Part shown: in pieces, positions 37,922-43,171 of the stretch
Position numbering within the stretch: the stretch's first letter is position 1
Layout: every line of letters begins with the position of its first letter
Source: Bacteroidales bacterium
Lineage (GTDB): Bacteria > Bacteroidota > Bacteroidia > Bacteroidales > PUMT01
Length of the DNA: 43,171 bases
NCBI GenBank assembly: GCA_007123885.1
Contig: SLGC01000358.1
Location: 1-43,171, forward strand
Reading direction: 5' to 3'
The notes under the pieces: model-generated
What the model was told of the DNA's origin: nothing
Seen by the model: only the letters and a program-made list of their open reading frames with translations
Databases searched by the model: none
Made by a program: the position numbers and the translations under genes

Positions 37922-38009
37922 AAAAAGGGGAAAGGGGAAAAGGGTAAAAGGTGAAAAGCAGGAAAAGGAAGAAAATGGGAAAGGAGAAGGGGAGAAAGCG
38001 GAAAGATAA
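37922..38009 (+). repeat. 88-nt polypurine tract (93 percent A/G), degenerate GGnGAAAA-type ~8-nt periodicity
   Basis: AAAAAGGGGAAAGGGGAAAAGGGTAAAAGGTGAAAAGCAGGAAAAGGAAGAAAATGGGAAAGGAGAAGGGGAGAAAGCGGAAAGATAA contains only 6 pyrimidines. Confidence 0.9.
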
Positions 38010-38037
38010 TTCCCGGTAAGATTAAGGCAGATTTTTA

Positions 38038-38045
38038 TACTTTTG
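38038..38045 (+). promoter_or_regulatory. -7 motif TACTTTTG, 5 nt upstream of the epimerase ATG
   Basis: Exact TAnnTTTG match ending at 38045. The ATG is at 38051. Confidence 0.4.
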
Positions 38046-38050
38046 CCTTC

Positions 38051-39049
38051 ATGATACTTGTAACCGGAGGAACAGGGCTTGTGGGGTCGCATCTGTTGTG
38101 GCACCTGCTGCAGAAAGGGGAGAGGGTCAGGGCCATTCACCGCCCCGGCTCAGACCTAGAGCATGTAAGGGAAGTCTTTGGCTATTACGGCAATGGCGAC
38201 CTTGCTGAAAAGATCGAATGGTTCCCGGCAGATACCCTTGACCTGGTACCGCTCAATGAAGCCATGGAGGGCATTGGAAAAGTATATCACTGCGCTGCGG
38301 TAATCTCTTTTAATCCCTCCGATAGAAAGCGAATGAGGAAGGCCAATATCAAGAGCACCGCCAATATTGTAAACCTGTGCCTGGAGCATAAAGTTGAAAA
38401 GCTTTGTCATGTAAGCTCGGTATCTGCTCTTGGGCGCCGCTATGACGGCTCGGCAATCACTGAAAATGACCTTTGGAAATATTCAAAAAAAAGGAGCGGA
38501 TACTCTGTCAGCAAGTTCCATTCGGAGATGGAAGTGTGGCGGGGCATGGAAGAAGGCTTGAATGCCGTTATCGTCAATCCCTCGGTAATCATCGGACCGG
38601 GCAACTGGTCGAGGGGGAGCGCCCGTTTCTTTACCGCTGTCCGGAAAGGTTTGAAATATTATACAGAAGGAATGACCGGGTTTGTTGATGTTAGGGATGT
38701 ATGCCGGTGCATGATCACCCTTATGGAATCGGATATCAGCGGCGAAAGGTTTATAATAAACAGCGAAGACATCCCCTACCGCGATCTTTTTAACATGATA
38801 GCCAAAGCCCTGGACAAGCCTGTCCCCGACACCCATGCTTCCGAAAGGCTCGCTGAAATTGCCTGGCGGCTGGAATGGCTGCGCAGCAGGTTCACTTGGG
38901 GTAAGCCGCGCCTGACAAGGGAAACGGCACGCAGCGGCCGCAGCATAAGCCGCTTTAGCAATGAAAAAATAAAGCAGGCTACCGGTCACCGGTTCATACC
39001 GGTAGAGGAGGCCGTAAACTGGACTGCCTCGAAAATGCCGCTGCAGTGA
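38051..39049 (+). CDS. NAD-dependent epimerase/dehydratase (extended SDR) family protein
   Basis: ILVTGGTGLVGSHL at residues 2-15 and a YSVSK (YxxxK) catalytic motif. Confidence 0.85.
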   Translation: MILVTGGTGLVGSHLLWHLLQKGERVRAIHRPGSDLEHVREVFGYYGNGDLAEKIEWFPADTLDLVPLNEAMEGIGKVYHCAAVISFNPSDRKRMRKANIKSTANIVNLCLEHKVEKLCHVSSVSALGRRYDGSAITENDLWKYSKKRSGYSVSKFHSEMEVWRGMEEGLNAVIVNPSVIIGPGNWSRGSARFFTAVRKGLKYYTEGMTGFVDVRDVCRCMITLMESDISGERFIINSEDIPYRDLFNMIAKALDKPVPDTHASERLAEIAWRLEWLRSRFTWGKPRLTRETARSGRSISRFSNEKIKQATGHRFIPVEEAVNWTASKMPLQ

Positions 39050-39118
39050 AGGCCCTTGCTGTCAGGATCTCATCAATCTGCAAGGTGTTATCTCGCACCA
39101 TCTTTTGCACAAAATCAC

Positions 39119-39126
39119 TACATTTG
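39119..39126 (+). promoter_or_regulatory. -7 motif TACATTTG upstream of the MNT/HEPN pair
   Basis: Exact TAnnTTTG match, 58 nt upstream of the ATG at 39185. Confidence 0.4.
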
Positions 39127-39184
39127 CACTAAGATTTCAATATTACAAGAGTTCGGTGTAAGCCCGGATAAAGAGATAACCGAA

Positions 39185-39505
39185 ATGCCTGATTATATAG
39201 AAATATGCAGGGATCTGGTAATAAGCAGTATCAATACTGAAGAGTATGCGGTATTCCTGTTTGGGAGCAGGGCATTCGAAAGTCATCCCGGGAAAGCGGA
39301 TATCGATATCGGGATAATAGGAAAAAAACAGTTTCCCCTGCAGCAAAAATACAGGATCAAAGAAAAATTAGAGAATGCGGATATTCCCTACAATGTCGAT
39401 ATCATTGATTTCTATGGTACAGATGAAAAATTCCGGATAACGGCACTTAAAAAAATAAAAATATGGTCCAGGCCTCCTCATATAGACCCAGGCTTGAAAC
39501 TCTGA
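39185..39505 (+). CDS. Minimal nucleotidyltransferase (MNT) antitoxin-type protein
   Basis: LFGSRAFESHPGKADIDIGI carries the GS...DxD nucleotidyltransferase motif. About 106 aa counted from the Met at 39185. Confidence 0.75.
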   Translation: MPDYIEICRDLVISSINTEEYAVFLFGSRAFESHPGKADIDIGIIGKKQFPLQQKYRIKEKLENADIPYNVDIIDFYGTDEKFRITALKKIKIWSRPPHIDPGLKL

Positions 39506-39873
39506 AACAGGCACTTGACAGCTTTGAAAAAGCGCTGGAAATTGAAACCGCACCTAAAGATCCTGTTGAAGCTGATGCCATAAGAAACGGCCAGGCACTC
39601 AAGTTCGGTTACTGCATGGAGCTGCTCTGGAAAGCAATGAAATCCTTCTTGTATGAACAGCACGGGATCGAATGTAATTCACCGAAATCCTGCATCAAAT
39701 TCTTTTTCCAGAATACTAACATCAGCGAGTCAGATTACCGGCAGCTTAACATAATGGTAAACCAGAGAAATGAGCTTTCTCATATGTATAATAAGCGGAT
39801 ATTTGAGGAATTGCTGAATTCCCTTCAGGGGAACCTGACGATGATGAAAAAGTGCCTGAAGGAATTTTCATGA
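39463..39873 (+). CDS. HEPN-domain (HI0074-like nucleotidyltransferase substrate-binding family) toxin-type protein
   Basis: RNELSH (Rx4H) HEPN motif near the C-terminus. It overlaps the MNT gene by 43 nt. Confidence 0.75.
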   Translation: MVQASSYRPRLETLKQALDSFEKALEIETAPKDPVEADAIRNGQALKFGYCMELLWKAMKSFLYEQHGIECNSPKSCIKFFFQNTNISESDYRQLNIMVNQRNELSHMYNKRIFEELLNSLQGNLTMMKKCLKEFS

Positions 39874-40006
39874 TATATTAGTTTAACTCAAAACCCGCGT
39901 CCGAATTTTTAATCATCCGACAGCACCAGCCCGGAAAATGAGGTTGTAGATGCGGTTGCTGCCTGGGCGGGCCCAGGCGATACAACCGCTGATGTTAAGG
40001 TGCAGA

Positions 40007-40573
40007 TCAGAAAAAATATATCAGTCCGATATGGGTGTCCAGCAGGTACCGCTGGAGCGTATAGCTGTCATTGATCCCGATCCTGTAGGTTGTCGTGCCA
40101 TTGTGGTTTATAAGTTCAATTGCCGGAGGCATCAGCATGGTGGCGCCCCATCTTTCGGTAAGGTGGTAAACCAGTCCGGGTCTGAACCTCAGTCCCACCA
40201 TGGTGGAACCATCCATGGTTGTGCCGTCAAAATGGCGGCCGCCGGTAAAACCAAGCGGCAGTTCGCCCTGGCCGAAAAGCTGGAGCGTATTGCCAGCTGA
40301 ATACCTGACAAAGGGAACAATAGAAAAGAGCGTTTCCCTTCGTACATTGTCATTTTGCACCCTGCGGTCGACCGTATAGCCGACTCTTCCTCCAACGGCC
40401 CAGGGCCCGGTAAGATTATAGCCAAACTCCGGCATGATGGTGGTTACTGACTGGGTTTGGGCGTTGGAAGTACCCACGATGCTCAATGTACCACCGAGCC
40501 ACATCCCGTTATCCTGCGCGACAGCGATCTGCAATCCTGCCGCCATCATCGTTATTATCAATACTCGTTTCAT
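40007..40573 (-). CDS. Small outer-membrane beta-barrel protein
   Basis: Signal peptide ending AVAQ, alternating beta-strand pattern, and a C-terminal ...GLIYFF beta-signal. Confidence 0.6.
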   Translation of the reverse strand: MKRVLIITMMAAGLQIAVAQDNGMWLGGTLSIVGTSNAQTQSVTTIMPEFGYNLTGPWAVGGRVGYTVDRRVQNDNVRRETLFSIVPFVRYSAGNTLQLFGQGELPLGFTGGRHFDGTTMDGSTMVGLRFRPGLVYHLTERWGATMLMPPAIELINHNGTTTYRIGINDSYTLQRYLLDTHIGLIYFF

Positions 40574-41013
40574 TTTTCCTTATTTTACCAGATTAATTAA
40601 TTTTAGCCGGTCAGATCATTCGACCCGCATTTCAGCCAGACATTAGCATATAACTACGTTTTTTCCGGGCCTCAGGTTACATTTCCACAGATCCGCCGTT
40701 TTATTTTTTCAGCACCATACATAATAAATATTGTACTGGTTTGGTTTAACAACGTCAGGATTAAAATGTTCAGCCATGATTTTTCAAAGGCGGATCATAC
40801 CGGGAACTCATTTTAAATTTTGGATTAGTCAATTAATTCCATAATTAAAAAAACCTAAAAATGATTCTTTTTTCAGGACATATGAATTAATTTTAGTTAA
40901 TTTAAGGGCTGAAAGTACCGGGAATTTAATACAACATATATTGCTCTGGGTAAATACCTCTACTACAGAATATTGCAAAATCCTAATTACTTATAATCAA
41001 AATTAACCATTCT

Positions 41014-42363
41014 ATGAAAAAATCAAGAAGAGAATTCGTCCGTGATGTAACCATTGGGGCTGCCGGTATCACTATCGGGGGACTCGGATTCAGCGCAAAG
41101 TCCTATGGAAACATTATCGGCTCAAATGACCGAGTCAATGTTGGTATTGTTGGTTATTCCGACCGTACGAGAAGCTCCCTTATAGGCTCCCTGCTCAGCC
41201 AGGCAGACGATTTGAATTTTGCCATTACCGCTGTTTCAGACATCTGGAACCGCCGGCGCGAAGAGGCAAAGGCCTTTATGGCAGATCGGGGCGTTTCCGT
41301 TGATCTGTTCCGCAACAACGAGGAACTTTATGAAAGAGGGAATGTTGATGCGGTAATAATAGGCACGGCCGATTTTCAGCATGCCCTGCATACTGTTGAA
41401 GCTGTAGAGGCCGGCAAGGATGCATTTGTAGAAAAGCCTTTTGCCGAGACTATGGAAGATAACCGCATTGGAAGGGAAGCAGTGGAACGTACAGGGAAGA
41501 TCGTTACCATTGGCTCACAAAGGAGAAGCGGTGCAAACTATCATGCTGCCAATGAGTTTATCCGCTCAGGCCGGTTCGGCGATATAGTCATGGTGGAGAT
41601 GACCTGGAACGTGAACCAACCCGGCAGGTGGAGAAGGCCAGGGCTTGTTTCAGAGATCAGGGAGCAGGATACCGACTGGAGAAGATATCTGATGAACAGG
41701 CCCTATGAACCATGGGACCCCAGGAAATATCTTGAATACCGTCTGTTCTGGCCATACTCCTCGGGAATACCCGGACAGTGGATGGCCCACCAGATAGACA
41801 CGGTGCACTGGTTCAGCGGATATGATCATCCGCGTAGTGTGGCAGCCAACGGCGGAATCTACCTGTGGAAAGACGGCCGTGAAAACTTCGATACCATGAC
41901 AGCAGTCTTTGACTATGGTCCGAAAGATGATCCGGGCAAAGGTTTCCAGGTTGTCTATTCCTCCCGTTTCACCAATTCTGCCGGAGGAGTGAAAGAGCTG
42001 TACTACTCCAATGGAGGGACCCTCAATCTTGATACCAATAAGATAACCCCCCAGGGAGGTCTTGCCGAGAACCATGCAAGGGCAATGGGTATGTCAGCCA
42101 ACCAGCTGCCGGAGATGGACCTGCCCTCTGTAACTGCAACTACAGCGGTTGATCACGGTATTGACAACATGACGACAGCCCACATGAGGAACTGGATGGA
42201 GTGTGTAAGAAGCCGTAAGGAGCCCAACGCCCCTGTTAAGTCAGGTTATGACCATTCGGTTGCCAACATAATGGTTACCGCCGCATTGCGTACCGGACAG
42301 TTTGTTACCTTCGACGACGCAACACAGGAGGTGATGGCCGGAGGCAAAGTTTTTAAGTACTAG
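41014..42363 (+). CDS. Tat-exported Gfo/Idh/MocA-family oxidoreductase
   Basis: SRREFVRD twin-arginine signal, VNVGIVGYSDR Rossmann motif, and an EKP motif (FVEKPFA). Confidence 0.85.
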   Translation: MKKSRREFVRDVTIGAAGITIGGLGFSAKSYGNIIGSNDRVNVGIVGYSDRTRSSLIGSLLSQADDLNFAITAVSDIWNRRREEAKAFMADRGVSVDLFRNNEELYERGNVDAVIIGTADFQHALHTVEAVEAGKDAFVEKPFAETMEDNRIGREAVERTGKIVTIGSQRRSGANYHAANEFIRSGRFGDIVMVEMTWNVNQPGRWRRPGLVSEIREQDTDWRRYLMNRPYEPWDPRKYLEYRLFWPYSSGIPGQWMAHQIDTVHWFSGYDHPRSVAANGGIYLWKDGRENFDTMTAVFDYGPKDDPGKGFQVVYSSRFTNSAGGVKELYYSNGGTLNLDTNKITPQGGLAENHARAMGMSANQLPEMDLPSVTATTAVDHGIDNMTTAHMRNWMECVRSRKEPNAPVKSGYDHSVANIMVTAALRTGQFVTFDDATQEVMAGGKVFKY

Positions 42364-42405
42364 AGATACAGGGACCAATCCCTGAGTTAGAGTAGAAAAA
42401 ACAGT

Positions 42406-42430
42406 GGGGGCGGATCAGTGATCCGTCTCC
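42406..42430 (+). terminator. 11-bp hairpin downstream of the oxidoreductase gene
   Basis: GGGGGCGGATC-AGT-GATCCGTCTCC includes two G-U pairs that work only on the + strand, followed by GCCTTATTC. A second hairpin, CAGGGA-CCAA-TCCCTG, lies at 42369-42384. Confidence 0.45.
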
Positions 42431-42521
42431 GCCTTATTCGGCGGGATCTCTGCCTATGCAGCCCGAAAAAGCTTACGATTGATTCCCTGCGGGTAACATT
42501 ACAGAGTCCTCGGGTCGCGGT

Positions 42522-42619
42522 AATGTCCTGGCGGGGCTTTGCCCGAAAGGCATGTGCGATTAAAAAATTCGCGGTGCGTAGCAAAAATCGGGGTTAAAGC
42601 CGCCATCCTTTGGTGGTGG
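42522..42619. repeat. 98-nt structured repeat unit, copy C (diverged)
   Basis: AATGTCCTGGCGGGGCTTTGCCCGAAAGGCATGTGCGATTAAAAAATTCGCGGTGCGTAGCAAAAATCGGGGTTAAAGCCGCCATCCTTTGGTGGTGG is ~85 percent identical to copies A and B. The preceding ~80 nt look like a further, degenerate copy. Confidence 0.8.
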
Positions 42620-42679
42620 AGAATCCGATTTTAGCGAATTTTTTACTTCCAGATTGGAAAATCCAGGAATTTCGGAGAA

Positions 42680-43015
42680 CTAATGTTTCAGCTCCAGCCT
42701 GTCCAGATCATCACTGATATTTTTTTCCATTTTCTTTATTGACCTGTACTCCTTTTTAAGTTGTCCCAGGGAGCCTTCATCAGGCTGCCGGCCCATGGCA
42801 AGCAGATGGTCAATATCGGAGGCATACCTGGAAATCATCCCCTGTAACCTGATGATATTGTCAATCAGGTTACTTCGGATATTTTCTTTTTCTTCATTAT
42901 CAGCGTAAAAAAGACGTGCTTTTTCCAAAAGGAGCTCGAGATGCGCAGCTTTGTCATGAGTATATTCATGTCTGCCATTACCGGCACCCTGTATCTTTTC
43001 CAGTATTGAATGCAT
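42680..43015 (-). CDS. Hypothetical coiled-coil protein (111 aa)
   Basis: ORF with a charged heptad-like composition. I recognise no family. Confidence 0.35.
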   Translation of the reverse strand: MHSILEKIQGAGNGRHEYTHDKAAHLELLLEKARLFYADNEEKENIRSNLIDNIIRLQGMISRYASDIDHLLAMGRQPDEGSLGQLKKEYRSIKKMEKNISDDLDRLELKH

Positions 43016-43171
43016 TGGTCGGATTGTTTAAATTTTCAGAAACCAAAACTTTACCATAAAGTTAACTCATCTCTTGCATACGAACCAAATATTCTTATAT
43101 CCTTAATCCCCGGTCGGGCAATCTCAGATTTTTTGATCTTATAGCCCTCTATATCTATTCTTTTTTTATCA

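Noticed and set aside
40574-41013. A 440-bp AT-rich divergent intergenic region with a repeated AATTAATTTTAG 12-mer (near 40596 and 40885).
   Set aside because: The sequence is low complexity and AT-rich, so short exact repeats are expected. I could not support any ORF, hairpin-plus-T-run or promoter motif there.
42387-42584. 65-aa minus-strand ORF overlapping repeat copy C.
   Set aside because: It has an Arg-rich, low-complexity translation. The equivalent ORF is absent from copies A and B, so it is likely an artefact of the GC-rich repeat.
1-42619. The idea that the 98-nt repeats at both ends of the window are direct-repeat boundaries of a 42-kb genomic island.
   Set aside because: The interval holds core single-copy genes (ileS, tyrS, efp, thyA, folA, tsaB, lspA, ribE) and no integrase or transposase. 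The repeats look like dispersed intergenic elements, not att sites.

Overview
This window looks like a Bacteroidota-type chromosomal segment. Supporting signs are TAnnTTTG -7 promoter motifs, an UpxY-type NusG paralog, a DUF2723 gene, and TolC/HlyD and OmpA lipoprotein-style genes. Most of it is housekeeping: thyA-folA, tyrS, efp, tsaB, ileS-dksA-like-lspA and ribE. Around these sit envelope and signalling genes: two sensor kinases, a GAF-SpoIIE phosphatase, a TolC/adaptor pair, a Wzz-like/O-antigen-ligase-like pair, and two Tat-signal Gfo/Idh/MocA genes, one of them truncated. I see no rRNA, tRNA, CRISPR array, transposase, integrase or recognisable multi-gene defence island. The only classic accessory module is an MNT/HEPN toxin-antitoxin pair at 39.2-39.9 kb.

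The least explained content is non-coding or small:
- A 98-nt structured repeat family has two tandem copies at 1-207 and a diverged copy at 42522-42619.
- Two tandem ~100-nt units at 7154-7350 lie between a long KamA-family radical-SAM gene and a hybrid PAS kinase. Each unit carries a hairpin that stays intact through G-U changes, and each carries a paralogous 35-36 codon ORF.
- A 3 x 39-nt tandem repeat is in frame with the stop codon of a hydrolase gene, with TGA and CGA alternating at the unit junctions.
- An 88-nt tract at 37922-38009 is 93 percent purine.
- Three gene remnants and an orphan upxY mark 33-36.6 kb as a rearranged patch.

All product calls rest on motif recognition by eye. 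No database search was run, and several start codons are uncertain.
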